From: Chloroflexota bacterium
Lineage (GTDB): Bacteria; Chloroflexota; Chloroflexia; QHBQ01
Reading direction: 5' to 3'
NCBI GenBank assembly: GCA_043754535.1
Contig: JAYUUN010000071.1
Span: forward strand, 24,115 to 88,114
Length of the DNA: 64,000 nucleotides
Shown: in pieces, positions 1 through 8,911 of the stretch
How positions within the stretch are numbered: the stretch's first letter is position 1
Layout: each line of letters opens with the position of its first letter
Made by a program: the position numbers and the translations under genes
Notes under the pieces: generated by a model
What the model was told of the DNA's origin: nothing
Seen by the model: only the letters and a program-made list of their open reading frames with translations
Databases searched by the model: none

Positions 1-813
1 CAGGAAGTTGAAGAACTGGTTGAGCTGGCTGATCTGGTTGGTGGCAATAAAGAAGCCCATCAGGATCAGGAACACGCCACTGACCGCTGAGACCACGTTG
101 AGGTTGTTGAACACCAGCCAATTGCCCAGCCGCCAGGTCAGCCCCCGTGCTGTGAGACGGCGCAGCAAGCCAGTAATGGCGACCACGCCCAGGCTAGCGA
201 CCAGGAATGGCACGCCGAGACCGAGGGCGAAGCTGAACAGCAGCAAGCCGTCCTGCAAGAGGTTGGGGTGGGGATCGCTGAGGATCAGGCTGAAGATCGA
301 GCCGAGGACGGCCCCCACGCAGGGGGTCCAACCAACCGCGAAGCCCATACCGACAAGGGTTGAACTGAAGTAGCCGAGGGCAGGATTGGCGTTAACCTCT
401 AGCCGCTTCTCCAGGTTGAGGAAGGGGATGTTGATCATAGTGAGCGAGTGCAGGCCGAAGATGATCAGCAGCCCCCCTGCCACCCAACGTACTACCTCCC
501 GGTTGTCTTGCAGGAAGCGCAGGCTGCTGACGAAGCTGAGGCCTAGACCCAGCAGGCTGAAGATGATGGCGAAGCCGAAGACGAAGGCCAGTGCGTGCAG
601 GAAGACGTGCATCCGCCTCCAGATCGCCTGCCCAGCGACCGGCGCGACCTTGAGGCTACTGCCTGCCCCACTAGGCAGCGCGTTGAGGTCAACCTGCTGC
701 ACGGCGGCCCCGCTCAGGTAGGCGATATAGGCAGGCACGAGCGGCAGCACGCAGGGCGAGAGGAAGGCCAACAGCCCAGCGGTGAAGGCCACGAAGATCG
801 AGATGTCAGTCAT
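1..813 (-). CDS. ccdA: CcdA-type cytochrome c biogenesis / thiol-disulfide transmembrane electron transporter (DsbD family); C-terminal end lies outside the window
   Basis: Absent from the supplied ORF track because no stop lies in the window. A reverse-strand ATG at 813-811 opens a frame that stays open to position 1. It reads MTDISIFVAFTAGLLAFLSPCVLPLVPAYIAYLSG... and later ...GFAVGWTPCVGAVLGSI..., the two conserved membrane Cys motifs of CcdA/DsbD. The profile is multi-TM and hydrophobic. Confidence 0.85.
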   Translation of the reverse strand, partial: MTDISIFVAFTAGLLAFLSPCVLPLVPAYIAYLSGAAVQQVDLNALPSGAGSSLKVAPVAGQAIWRRMHVFLHALAFVFGFAIIFSLLGLGLSFVSSLRFLQDNREVVRWVAGGLLIIFGLHSLTMINIPFLNLEKRLEVNANPALGYFSSTLVGMGFAVGWTPCVGAVLGSIFSLILSDPHPNLLQDGLLLFSFALGLGVPFLVASLGVVAITGLLRRLTARGLTWRLGNWLVFNNLNVVSAVSGVFLILMGFFIATNQISQLNQFFNFL

Positions 814-896
814 TGTGGTTACCCGTTTTCACCGAACACTTTGTGGCAGGCGCATCTATGCCACGAAGATCGAGATGTCAGTCATTGTGGTTACCC
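789..896. repeat. Perfect 36-bp direct repeat in two copies (789-824 and 861-896) separated by a 36-bp unique spacer
   Basis: ccacgaagatcgagatgtcagtcattgtggttaccc occurs twice. Copy 1 carries the ccdA start codon. Copy 2 carries the stop of the upstream DUF2085 gene plus a decoy ATG that opens only a 9-codon ORF (MTDISIFVA*). Confidence 0.9.
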
Positions 897-1525
897 CCGT
901 CTACTGGTACTTGTTCGGCGGCGCGGTAGTAAGCGGTGTAGGCGAGAGAGCGGGCGAAGCCTGCATCTATGCGAGGGTAGGCGGCGAAGACTAGAGCAAA
1001 GGCAGCGGGCAAGCCAGTTGCCAGCCGCAGCCACCAGTTGAGCGAACCAAGCTGGTCGCCGCCCCAGCCACCATTGCGTAGCCCTACGATATGGGTGACA
1101 GTATCCACCAGCATTGGCAGGCAGAGCAACACAGCGGTGGGGATAGCAAGAGCCGTGTAGTTGATCAGCCCGCGACCATCATTATGTAGCAGGCGTGGCC
1201 TTGCGCGGGCGTAGAGCAACCCAGCCACGAAGATGCCACCGTAGAAGAAGACGCAGCGGTGGCAGTGGGCCACCTGGTAGCCGAAGATAAAGTAGCTACG
1301 CTCTGGCAACTGGTGGCAGAAGCCTGCATAGATGCGGTTGAGCAAGCCACCCGCTCCCTGCCAGCCGAGCGCCATAAAGAGCGGAGCTAGCCAGGGCAGG
1401 GTGACGAACAAACCGAGCAGGCTGTTGAGGATCGCCAGCCAGTGGCGGGCTACCCCTTCGGCGGCAGCGTCTAGCCAGGCCATCGGCCCGCGCGGTTGTT
1501 GAGTTGGATACGGTGCATAGCTCAA
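878..1525 (-). CDS. DUF2085-family integral membrane protein (conserved Cys/His motifs)
   Basis: 215-aa ORF with the DUF2085-like signature FCHQLPERSYF...VAHCHRCVFFYGG and several TM helices. Its start overlaps the upstream glutaredoxin-like stop by 4 nt. Confidence 0.7.
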   Translation of the reverse strand: MSYAPYPTQQPRGPMAWLDAAAEGVARHWLAILNSLLGLFVTLPWLAPLFMALGWQGAGGLLNRIYAGFCHQLPERSYFIFGYQVAHCHRCVFFYGGIFVAGLLYARARPRLLHNDGRGLINYTALAIPTAVLLCLPMLVDTVTHIVGLRNGGWGGDQLGSLNWWLRLATGLPAAFALVFAAYPRIDAGFARSLAYTAYYRAAEQVPVDGGNHND

Positions 1526-1791
1526 ACTGTCATCTCCAGGGTGTGGGCCAGGCTCGCCTCATCAAACGGCCACTCCATCTCCGCTCGTTCGTCAACCTCA
1601 ACCACCGGGATCGTGTATTTGTAGCGTTCGTAGAGGGCAGGATCGTCCTGAATGTCCACCTTCAGCAGGCTAATGCGATAGCGGCGGGCGAGGCGGGCAA
1701 TCACCCCCTCGGCCTCAACGCACAGGTGGCAACCCGCCTTGCTGTAGAGGATGATACTGTGTTCAGCTTGCCTGCTACGTAGCCAACGCAT
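1522..1791 (-). CDS. Glutaredoxin-like small thioredoxin-fold protein (DUF836-type, CxxC)
   Basis: 89 aa. IILYSKAGCHLCVEAEGV matches the glutaredoxin-like CxxC motif after beta-1. A GGGGAGG Shine-Dalgarno sits upstream of the ATG at 1791. Confidence 0.75.
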   Translation of the reverse strand: MRWLRSRQAEHSIILYSKAGCHLCVEAEGVIARLARRYRISLLKVDIQDDPALYERYKYTIPVVEVDERAEMEWPFDEASLAHTLEMTV

Positions 1792-1832
1792 GGTATACTA
1801 CCTCCCCAGGGCCTGCGGTTCTCTCAGCCCCT

Positions 1833-1841
1833 ATTATACCA
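1833..1841 (-). promoter_or_regulatory. Putative extended -10 promoter (TGgTATAAT) for the grx-like/DUF2085/ccdA operon
   Basis: The reverse complement of 1833-1841 reads TGGTATAAT, about 40 nt upstream of the ATG at 1791. No good -35 element is present. Confidence 0.45.
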
Positions 1842-1956
1842 CCCATTGGTGCAGGAGAGCTAGCATCAACGTGTCCGCTTGCACAATCCACTGCTCGGCC
1901 CACTGCGGCTGCCCCTGTACTGATTCGCACAGGCTACTGCAAGTCCACAGCAATGA

Positions 1957-1965
1957 TGCTATAAT
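1957..1965 (+). promoter_or_regulatory. Putative extended -10 promoter (TGcTATAAT) for the SLH/beta-propeller gene
   Basis: atgaTGcTATAATcag lies about 60 nt upstream of the start at 2025. Confidence 0.45.
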
Positions 1966-2024
1966 CAGCGGCGGAGCAAGCTATTATCGTGTCTTTCATC
2001 TGGTTGAGCAAGAGGAGTTAAGTG

Positions 2025-5000
2025 ATGAACAAGAAGTTGCTGCGCTATCTGCTAGTCGTCCTTGTCGCCGTGCTACTGGCGGGTGGCGGATTTGGGGGGC
2101 AGGTGGCGACACCTACCCTGCTGGTCACCAACCCCCAGACCAGCGCGCCCAGCTACGGCCACAGCCTGCGATTTGAGCCGAATGTCGGCCAGTTTGACCC
2201 CGGTGTACTATACCACGCTCGCGGCAAGGGCTATAGCCTCTACCTGACTGCGGAGGGGGCAGTGATGCAGATCGGAGCGCAAGCAGCATCCGCCAGCCAT
2301 GCGGGAGCAGTGCTGGCCTTCCAGGTACAGAGCGGCAACCAGCAACCGACCCTTGTCGCAGGCGAGCGGCGGGCAGGGGTGAGCAACTACCTGCTAGGCA
2401 ACGACCCCACGCTTTGGCGGACAGGGGTGGCATCCTATGCCAGCGTCACCTACCAGGGGGTCTATCCTGGTATCAACCTGACCTACTATGAAGGAGCAGC
2501 GGGCAACCTTGAGTACGATTTTGGGCTGGCAGTGGGGGCTGATCCAGCCGCTATCAGCCTGAAGATCGCTGGGGCCGAGCGGGTGGAGATGGTTGGTGGC
2601 GACCTGCTGCTGCACACTGCCGCTGGGCTGTTGCGCCAGCCTGCCCCGACCATCTACCAGCAGACGGCGGCGGGACGGCGGGAGGTGGCGGGTGGCTACC
2701 AACTGCACGCAGACGGCAGCCTCGGCTTTGCGGTGTTGGCTTACGACCGCAGCCAACCGCTAGTGATCGACCCACAGGTTGAACTAACTACTGGCTATGT
2801 CACCTACCTCGGTGGCAGCGGTGATAGCGACTCGGCCAACGCAGTTGCGGTTGATGCGGCGGGCAACGCTTACGTCACTGGCGTAACTACCGCCACCAAC
2901 TTCATCACTACCACTGGGGCTTTGCAGCCCAGCAACGCAGGTAGCCGCGACAGCTTTATCACCAAATTCAGCCCTACTGGCACGCTTCTCTACTCCACCT
3001 ATCTGGGTGGCGGCGGCAATGATACGGCGAACAGCATCGCGGTGGACGTAACTGGCACCGTCTACGTGGTCGGCACCACCACCAGCAGCAACTTCCCCAC
3101 CGTCGGCCAGTACCAGACCAATCCCTCAAACAGCAACGATATCTTCCTCAGCCGCCTGAACAGCAGCGGCACCGCGTTGCTCTACTCCACCTACCTCGGC
3201 TCCACCAATGGTGGCGACAGCGACGGCTTGGCGGTGGCGGTGGGCGGTAGTGGGTTGGCCTACCTCACCGGCAGCACTTACGGCGACAGCTACCCGACGA
3301 GCAACCAGTATCAGACCTTCCAGGGACCGTATGGCAACACCGATGCCGTGGTTAGTGCGATCAACACGACCCTGATTGGCACTAACTCGCTGCTCTGGTC
3401 AACCTATCTGGCTGGCGACACGAACAGCGACTTTGGGCGGGCGGTCACCGTGGACGCTGCGGGCAATGTCTATGTCACGGGCGACACTGCCTCCACCAAC
3501 TTCCCGCTGGTCGGGGCATATCAAAGCTACCAGGGTAGCGCAGATGTGTTCGTCAGCAAGCTGAATTACATCAGCCCCACCCTCACGCTCGCCTATTCCA
3601 GCTACCTGGGTGGCACCGACAGCTACGATGTTGGCAGAGGGATAGCCGCCGACAGTGCGGGCAACGCCTACGTGGCAGGCTTCACCGCCTCGGCCAACTT
3701 CCCCACTCGCAACCCCTACCAGGTTGACCAGGGCGGCACCGATGCCTTCCTCAGCCGCCTGAACACGACGATCAGCGGGACAGGTTCGCTGATCTACTCG
3801 ACCTACCTCGGCGGCGGCACCAGCGACGACCTCGCCTTTGCGCTTGCCCTCGACACGGCGGCCAACCCCTACCTGACTGGCCTCACCTGCTCCACCGACT
3901 TCCCCACCCGTGACCCCTACCAGGTGGAGAACAGAGGCGGCTGCGATGCATTCGTCAGCAAGTTCAACTACGTGGGTAGCAGCCTCAATCTCGCTTACTC
4001 GACCTACCTGGGCGGCAACGGCACCGACCGCGCTTTTGGTATCGGGCTGGATGCGGCCAACAACGCCTACATTGTGGGCGACAGCCAATCCACCAACCTG
4101 ACCACCACTAACGCCCTCTCGCCCACCATCCTCGGCAACCAGGATGCGTTCGTGGCTCGGCTCAACAACCCACCGCCCGCTACCCCTACCCCCACTCGTA
4201 CAGCAACCAGCACACCGCTCAACACCACAACCAGCACGCCAACTCTGACTGCCAGCCCTAGCGCGACCGTCAGCCGTACCGCAACTGGGATCGTCAGTAC
4301 CGCGACAGCGACGGCCACAGGCAGCCCAGCAAGCAGCACGCCAACCCTGACTGGTACCACGACCCTGACTGGCACTGTCATCCCAACCTCGACCGCCACC
4401 TTGACTGGCACTGCCACCTCAACCCTGACTGCTACCGCGACCCTGACTGGTACACCAACGGCGACCGCTACCCCCTGCACGATTAGCTTCACCGATGTGC
4501 CGACCAGCAACCTGTTCTACGCCGATATCACCTTCCTGGCCTGTCGCGGGGTAATCAGCGGCTTCACGGGTGGCAGCTTCCAGCCCAACGCGAACACCAG
4601 TCGCGGCCAGTTCGCCAAAGTCACCACGCTCGGCTTTGCCCTGCCCAGTTTCAACCCGCTCACCCCTACCTTCAGCGATGTGCCAACCAGTAGCGTCTTC
4701 TACGGCTATGTAGAGTCAGCGGCGCAGGCCGGGGCGATCACCGGCTTCACTCCCGCTCAGTGCGTGGGTGCAGGCACTCCTGTTACCAGCCAGCCCTGCT
4801 TCCGCCCCAACCAAAACGTGACGCGGGCGCAGGTTGCGATCATAGTGCAGCGCAGCCGCGGTTACGCTATCGCCAGCCCAGCAGTGCCGACCTTCGCCGA
4901 TGTGCCGAGCAACAACTTCGCCTACGCTGCTATCGAAACGCTGGCAGCACGGGGTATCATCAACGGGGCGGCCTGCACCAGTGGCGGCTCCACCCTCTGC

Positions 5001-5081
5001 TTCCGACCCAACGACAACATTCGGCGGGGGGAGTTGAGCAAGGTTGTGCGGCGGGCTATCGAAGCTCTACCACTGCGCTAG
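2025..5081 (+). CDS. Secreted SBBP-type beta-propeller-repeat protein with Thr/Pro linker and three C-terminal SLH domains
   Basis: N-terminal signal/anchor (MNKKLLRYLLVVLVAVLLAGGG). About nine repeats of the pattern YSTYLGG..D.a.aiAvD.aGNaYvtG.T.S.nFPt, typical of SBBP beta-propeller repeats. A T/P/A-rich linker follows, then three SLH-like units (FTDVPTSNLFYADITFLACRGVISGF, FSDVPTSSVFYGYVESAAQAGAITGF, FADVPSNNFAYAAIETLAARGIING). The ATG at 2025 is preferred over the GTG at 2022 because of the AGAGGAG Shine-Dalgarno. Confidence 0.85.
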   Translation: MNKKLLRYLLVVLVAVLLAGGGFGGQVATPTLLVTNPQTSAPSYGHSLRFEPNVGQFDPGVLYHARGKGYSLYLTAEGAVMQIGAQAASASHAGAVLAFQVQSGNQQPTLVAGERRAGVSNYLLGNDPTLWRTGVASYASVTYQGVYPGINLTYYEGAAGNLEYDFGLAVGADPAAISLKIAGAERVEMVGGDLLLHTAAGLLRQPAPTIYQQTAAGRREVAGGYQLHADGSLGFAVLAYDRSQPLVIDPQVELTTGYVTYLGGSGDSDSANAVAVDAAGNAYVTGVTTATNFITTTGALQPSNAGSRDSFITKFSPTGTLLYSTYLGGGGNDTANSIAVDVTGTVYVVGTTTSSNFPTVGQYQTNPSNSNDIFLSRLNSSGTALLYSTYLGSTNGGDSDGLAVAVGGSGLAYLTGSTYGDSYPTSNQYQTFQGPYGNTDAVVSAINTTLIGTNSLLWSTYLAGDTNSDFGRAVTVDAAGNVYVTGDTASTNFPLVGAYQSYQGSADVFVSKLNYISPTLTLAYSSYLGGTDSYDVGRGIAADSAGNAYVAGFTASANFPTRNPYQVDQGGTDAFLSRLNTTISGTGSLIYSTYLGGGTSDDLAFALALDTAANPYLTGLTCSTDFPTRDPYQVENRGGCDAFVSKFNYVGSSLNLAYSTYLGGNGTDRAFGIGLDAANNAYIVGDSQSTNLTTTNALSPTILGNQDAFVARLNNPPPATPTPTRTATSTPLNTTTSTPTLTASPSATVSRTATGIVSTATATATGSPASSTPTLTGTTTLTGTVIPTSTATLTGTATSTLTATATLTGTPTATATPCTISFTDVPTSNLFYADITFLACRGVISGFTGGSFQPNANTSRGQFAKVTTLGFALPSFNPLTPTFSDVPTSSVFYGYVESAAQAGAITGFTPAQCVGAGTPVTSQPCFRPNQNVTRAQVAIIVQRSRGYAIASPAVPTFADVPSNNFAYAAIETLAARGIINGAACTSGGSTLCFRPNDNIRRGELSKVVRRAIEALPLR
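4164..4475 (+). repeat. In-frame low-complexity Thr/Pro/Ala linker coding repeats (ACC/CTG/ACT/GGC periodicity)
   Basis: Translates to NNPPPATPTPTRTATSTP...LTGTTTLTGTVIPTSTATLTGTATSTLTATATLTGTPTATATP inside the SLH protein. Confidence 0.8.
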
Positions 5082-5101
5082 CTAGGAAGCAGGTGAGCAG
5101 G

Positions 5102-5125
5102 AGGGGCGCAGGATTTTGCGCCCCT
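5102..5125 (+). terminator. Candidate stem-loop terminator after the SLH gene (no clear U-tract)
   Basis: aggggcgca-ggatttt-gcgcccct hairpin 20 nt after the stop at 5081. Confidence 0.4.
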
Positions 5126-5381
5126 CTATCGACAGCAGGTCAGGGCAACAACTGGAAAGCTCATGCCACGTTGCGGAGTAATTGTTCCCCACAACCCTGG
5201 GTACTGGGTTTCAACGTGGTCGTCTACCGCCAAACGTCCACTTCGCGGTAACTGTTTCCTAGACCCCCGAACAGTAGGGTTAACCAGCTAAGCAGCCAAC
5301 AACGGCGTGGTTGCGAGCGGCTGAGTGCAGAGCAGCCTGACAGGCTAGCGGTCTGATCCTGGCCGAGAACAGACAAACTAA

Positions 5382-5410
5382 AACGGCGCATCCAGAGTGG
5401 ATGCGCCGTT
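5382..5410 (-). terminator. Intrinsic terminator for the CAP-domain gene
   Basis: 13-bp perfect stem aacggcgcatcca / tggatgcgccgtt with a 3-nt loop, 20 nt downstream of the stop at 5430. On the minus strand it is followed by TTTAGTTTG. Confidence 0.65.
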
Positions 5411-5429
5411 ACCTGCTGCTAGTGGGTTA

Positions 5430-5954
5430 TCAATAAGGCTGGATGAAGATAACCACGAAGTAGTTCTTGCCGTTACCGTCGCTCGCCATACCAACCCCGG
5501 CCTGGCTGAAAATCGGGTCTAGCATGATGTCATGATGAACCTTGCTGTTGAAGTAGCCCTGGAAAGCCTGGTCAGCAGTGGTGGCAAGGCTGTAGGTGTT
5601 GCGGTGGATGATTTCGCCAGCGTCCTGGAAGTCCACATTGCGGGCCACTAGCCAATCCATCAGGCTGGTGCCTTCGGGGGTGACGTGGGCGAAGTAGTTG
5701 CGCTTTGCCATGTCACTGGCGCGGTAGCGGGTGAGGTCAACCAGCACCGGGCTGAGAGTCACCTGAGCGGCCCCAGCGGTCTTGCGTGCGGCATTGATCT
5801 TGTCGAACAGTGCCTGCTCCTGCACATTCAACTTGATGATGGCAGCGGCGGGGGCGGTTTGGGCAGCAGCATTGCCGATGTGTGCTAGCGTAACTAGCAG
5901 CATAGCAGCGATGAAAGCAAAACTGAGGCGACGGACAAAGTTCAGGCTAGACAT
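5430..5954 (-). CDS. Secreted CAP/SCP (YkwD-like) domain protein
   Basis: 174 aa. Signal peptide (FAFIAAMLLVTLAHIGNAAA). CAP-type motifs INAARKTAG..., YFAHVTPEG, HHDIMLDPIFSQAGVG. Confidence 0.75.
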   Translation of the reverse strand: MSSLNFVRRLSFAFIAAMLLVTLAHIGNAAAQTAPAAAIIKLNVQEQALFDKINAARKTAGAAQVTLSPVLVDLTRYRASDMAKRNYFAHVTPEGTSLMDWLVARNVDFQDAGEIIHRNTYSLATTADQAFQGYFNSKVHHDIMLDPIFSQAGVGMASDGNGKNYFVVIFIQPY

Positions 5955-6053
5955 TGTGTGGCTCCTACGCTTGCCCTCTTGGGGCGAAAAAGAATTAGTG
6001 CGGATGATTGCGATGGCTGCGTAAGCCTTACCGCTTCCTTACCACCTGAGCCT

Positions 6054-6083
6054 ATTATAGCAGTGAAAGGTAGATGCTCACAA
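6054..6083 (-). promoter_or_regulatory. Putative promoter TTGTGA-18-TGcTATAAT for the CAP-domain gene
   Basis: The reverse complement reads ttgtgagcatctacctttcacTGcTATAAT, about 100 nt upstream of the ATG at 5954. Confidence 0.5.
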
Positions 6084-6223
6084 TAGGGTAGAAGTCCTGT
6101 TGAGGGGGGGAAAATGGTACTATGCGTCTCGCCAACCCGTAGTTGGATTGGCTGGAATGTAAACCCTTTGACCCAGGTCAGTAAAGCGGCTGACAGATGG
6201 GGTTGGAAAGTGCGATTTGGAGG

Positions 6224-7996
6224 TCAGCGACGCAGACGGCGCGTAATCAGCGCAGACAACTGCCGTGCCTCTGCGTTGCCGAGCAGCAGGCTGAGGGCAA
6301 GGTAGGCTAGCACCGCCAGCAAGCCAGCCCCACTCATAGATAGCAGTTGCCCAAAGAGGCCAGCGGGAAAGATGGGCGCAAGGAAGGAGAGGTAGCCTTG
6401 CAGTAGCAGACCGACCACCGCCGCCGCCCCGATGCTCTTGAGCGCACCGCTAATCGCCCTGCGTTCATCCTGCTGCACGGCAGCGTTCTGGGGATCGAGG
6501 CGGCTGAAGCGGCGGCGAATGGTCAGCAGCAGGATCAGCAGTTCGGCTGTTGTACTTAGCACCAGGGCGAGGGCAAGGCCACCCTGCCCCAGTGGGCCGA
6601 CGAACAGCAGGCAGCAGAGGAAGTTGACCGCTACGGTGATCAGGGCGATCACCACCGGCGTGCGGGTATCGTGCATGGCATAGAATGAGCGGGTTAGTAC
6701 CTCCACCACCGCGTAGCTGATCAGCCCCAGGCTGAAGTAGAGCAGCGCGTCAGCCACCTGTGCGGTGTCAGAGGCAGTGAACTTGTTGCGCTGATAAAGC
6801 AGGCGCACGATGGGTTCGCGCATCACAAGCAGGAACACGCTGCTGACTGCACTGAGAAAGACGAGTAGGCGCACGCCACCCCAAACCGTCACCCGCATCT
6901 GAGCCACTTCCCGCCGCCCAAACTGCTCGGCCAGGGTGGGGAAGACGACCGTGCTGAGGCTGAGGGCGAACACGCCAAAGGGGAGCATCATTAGAGTGAA
7001 GGCGTAGTTGACTGCGTTGACCCAACCACTATTGCTGCTGGCAAAGGAGGTGATGATGATGAAGTTGGCCTGGAAGGCGATCTGGCCCACGACACGCGGC
7101 CCAATCAGGCGCAGCACTTCACCTGTCCCTGCGTCGCGCAGGTTGAGCCGCAACTGGTACTTCATGCCTAGCCGCAACAGGCCTGGTACCTGCGTGGCAA
7201 TGTGCAGGATCGCCCCCAAGACAACGCCCCAGGCCAGCCCTACTGGCCCGATGTAGGGGGCAAAGAACAGTGCGCCAACGATAATGCCGAGGTTATAAAA
7301 GATGGGGGCGAAGGCGGAGAGGACAAAGCGGTGTTCGGCGTTCAAGATGCCCTGCGCCCAGGCCCCTAGCCCCATGAAAAGTGGCGAGAGCATTAGCACT
7401 GTCGTCAGGTTGATGGTCAGTTGCAGCTTTTCGCCCGTATAGCCAGGGGCGATCAGCCCGCCGATGATCTGCGGTGCAAGCAAGGCGGCCACGATCCCAA
7501 AGAGGCTGACCAGGATGATCGAGAGGTTGATCAGCGTGCTAGCTAGCCGCCAGGCCGCCGCATCCTTGCCCTGCGCCCGCTGTGCGCTGAAGACGGGGAT
7601 GAAGGCCGAACTGACTGCGCCACCGACCACTAGGAGGAAGATCGTGTCAGGGATGCGGAAGGCAGCGTAGTATGCGTCGCGTTCTGTCTGATCAAAGCGG
7701 GCGGCAATCACCACGTCGCGGAGCAAGCCGAGGACGCGACTGAGGACGAAGGCGATCATCACCACCGAGAAGTTACGCAAGATCGAGCGACCGAGGCCAG
7801 AGACAGGTTGCGGGCTGGCTGCTGGCTGATCGGCTAGCAGGTTGGCAGTGGCGTACATCTCTGTGCCGCCAGGGTCGAGCGGGTTGCCCTCATCCAAGAT
7901 CGGAAAGGAGAGGGTGGTTGGCGTAGAATGAGGGCTGGCACCCTTCGCGGTGGGTTCGTCATCCTGGGGTAGTATGGCAGTGTCAAGACGAGCCAA
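6224..7996 (-). CDS. murJ: Lipid II flippase MurJ (MviN family)
   Basis: 590 aa with about 14 TM helices. The N-terminal core LSRVLGLLRDVVIAARFDQTERDAYYAAFRIPDTIFLLVVGGAVSSAFIPVF is the classic MurJ signature. It overlaps the upstream GNAT gene by 14 nt. Confidence 0.88.
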   Translation of the reverse strand: MARLDTAILPQDDEPTAKGASPHSTPTTLSFPILDEGNPLDPGGTEMYATANLLADQPAASPQPVSGLGRSILRNFSVVMIAFVLSRVLGLLRDVVIAARFDQTERDAYYAAFRIPDTIFLLVVGGAVSSAFIPVFSAQRAQGKDAAAWRLASTLINLSIILVSLFGIVAALLAPQIIGGLIAPGYTGEKLQLTINLTTVLMLSPLFMGLGAWAQGILNAEHRFVLSAFAPIFYNLGIIVGALFFAPYIGPVGLAWGVVLGAILHIATQVPGLLRLGMKYQLRLNLRDAGTGEVLRLIGPRVVGQIAFQANFIIITSFASSNSGWVNAVNYAFTLMMLPFGVFALSLSTVVFPTLAEQFGRREVAQMRVTVWGGVRLLVFLSAVSSVFLLVMREPIVRLLYQRNKFTASDTAQVADALLYFSLGLISYAVVEVLTRSFYAMHDTRTPVVIALITVAVNFLCCLLFVGPLGQGGLALALVLSTTAELLILLLTIRRRFSRLDPQNAAVQQDERRAISGALKSIGAAAVVGLLLQGYLSFLAPIFPAGLFGQLLSMSGAGLLAVLAYLALSLLLGNAEARQLSALITRRLRR

Positions 7997-8609
7997 CTGG
8001 TTGTCCTTTCGCGTCAGCTACTTGCGGCTGCCCATCGTCCGCCGCTACCAGGTTCAGAGACCAAAATAGGGCGACCGAACCATTGGCTACGTCCTCGTTA
8101 GTATAGAACATCGTGTCCAAGCCCGCCAGTTGGAAGCCGCAGCGGGCGTAGAAGCGGCAGGCCGGGAGGTTGCTGGTTTGCGTCTCCAACCAGATAGCGC
8201 GAAAGTAGCGCGCCTGCGCCCAGGCCACCCCCTGCGCGATCAACTGCGCGCCCACCCCCTTACCGCGCGCTATTGGCGAGAGAACGAGCAGCCAGACGAC
8301 CGCCGTATTGTTCCAGAGGCGCGTTTCCACCTCTAGCGCACCGACGATCCGCCCCTCGTGTTCGACTACCAGCAGCAGTCCATCACCTGTCAGCAGTGAT
8401 TGGCGGGCGTGGGCCTGCTCTGCTGCGCCGTAGCGGTTGCCGTCACCATGCACCTCTGGCGGGCAAACCTCACGCTCTACCAGGCGGAAGCTACGCCCCA
8501 GGCTGCCACCCTCCTCTACCTCTACGTGCAGGTAGCTACGGCTGACATAGGTGGGGTCGATCTGATCGAGGTGGTCAACATCGGCCTCACGCATCGGACG
8601 AATATGCAT
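7983..8609 (-). CDS. GNAT-family N-acetyltransferase
   Basis: Acetyl-CoA motif LVLSPIARGKGVGAQLIAQGVAWA...FYARCGFQLAG. I shortened the 295-aa track ORF to the ATG at 8609 (MHIRPMREADV...), because the upstream 87 codons are low-complexity and non-GNAT. Confidence 0.75.
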   Translation of the reverse strand: MHIRPMREADVDHLDQIDPTYVSRSYLHVEVEEGGSLGRSFRLVEREVCPPEVHGDGNRYGAAEQAHARQSLLTGDGLLLVVEHEGRIVGALEVETRLWNNTAVVWLLVLSPIARGKGVGAQLIAQGVAWAQARYFRAIWLETQTSNLPACRFYARCGFQLAGLDTMFYTNEDVANGSVALFWSLNLVAADDGQPQVADAKGQPVGSS

Positions 8610-8754
8610 CTTACGCTCATTTCTTCGGCTACTGACTATGGCAAGCTGCACAACACCGGGTAGTGGCAGCAGCCAGTGGATGATCGCCGCTGCTCTGCAA
8701 TCTGCACTATCTGTCGTGCCAACCCACTGGCTACCCCAGCGGTTGCGCCAATGC

Positions 8755-8783
8755 TTGCTATTTGCGGCGAAGTGGGTTATAAT
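8755..8783 (+). promoter_or_regulatory. Putative sigma-70-type promoter TTGCTA-17-TATAAT for rpsT
   Basis: cTTGCTAtttgcggcgaagtgggtTATAATttc. This gives a leader of about 120 nt before the TTG start at 8912. Confidence 0.6.
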
Positions 8784-8911
8784 TTCTTGCCACTGAACCG
8801 TTCGCAAAGTTCTGCTGCTGCACCCTGCCGTTAGTGCAGGCTTAGAATTGTAGATACGACGGCGCGCCATGCGCCATTTTACCAGACAGAGATCAATGGA
8901 GGCAAGTTAGT

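Noticed and set aside
789-896. Repeat(36)-spacer(36)-repeat(36) geometry that superficially looks like a mini-CRISPR. The same applies to 18924-19038 (38-39-38).
   Set aside because: Only two copies at each locus. The two loci share no repeat sequence. One repeat lies inside coding sequence. No cas genes or leader are present in the window. A duplication scar or an assembly artefact is the better explanation.
4164-4475. Short-period tandem repeats here and at 33973-34140 and 46284-46589. They could be mistaken for satellite DNA, CRISPR or mobile-element ends.
   Set aside because: All are in frame inside long, well-supported ORFs. They translate to Thr/Pro/Ala-rich interdomain linkers of secreted SLH proteins.
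7983-8870. Long N-terminal extensions in track ORFs: 7983-8870, 11766-12503, 36176-37018, 38100-38837, 29316-31523, 31524-33863, 42831-45272, 58255-59877.
   Set aside because: Internal starts with good Shine-Dalgarno sequences coincide with the beginning of the recognisable family domain. In one case (36201-36229) a promoter lies inside the supposed extension.
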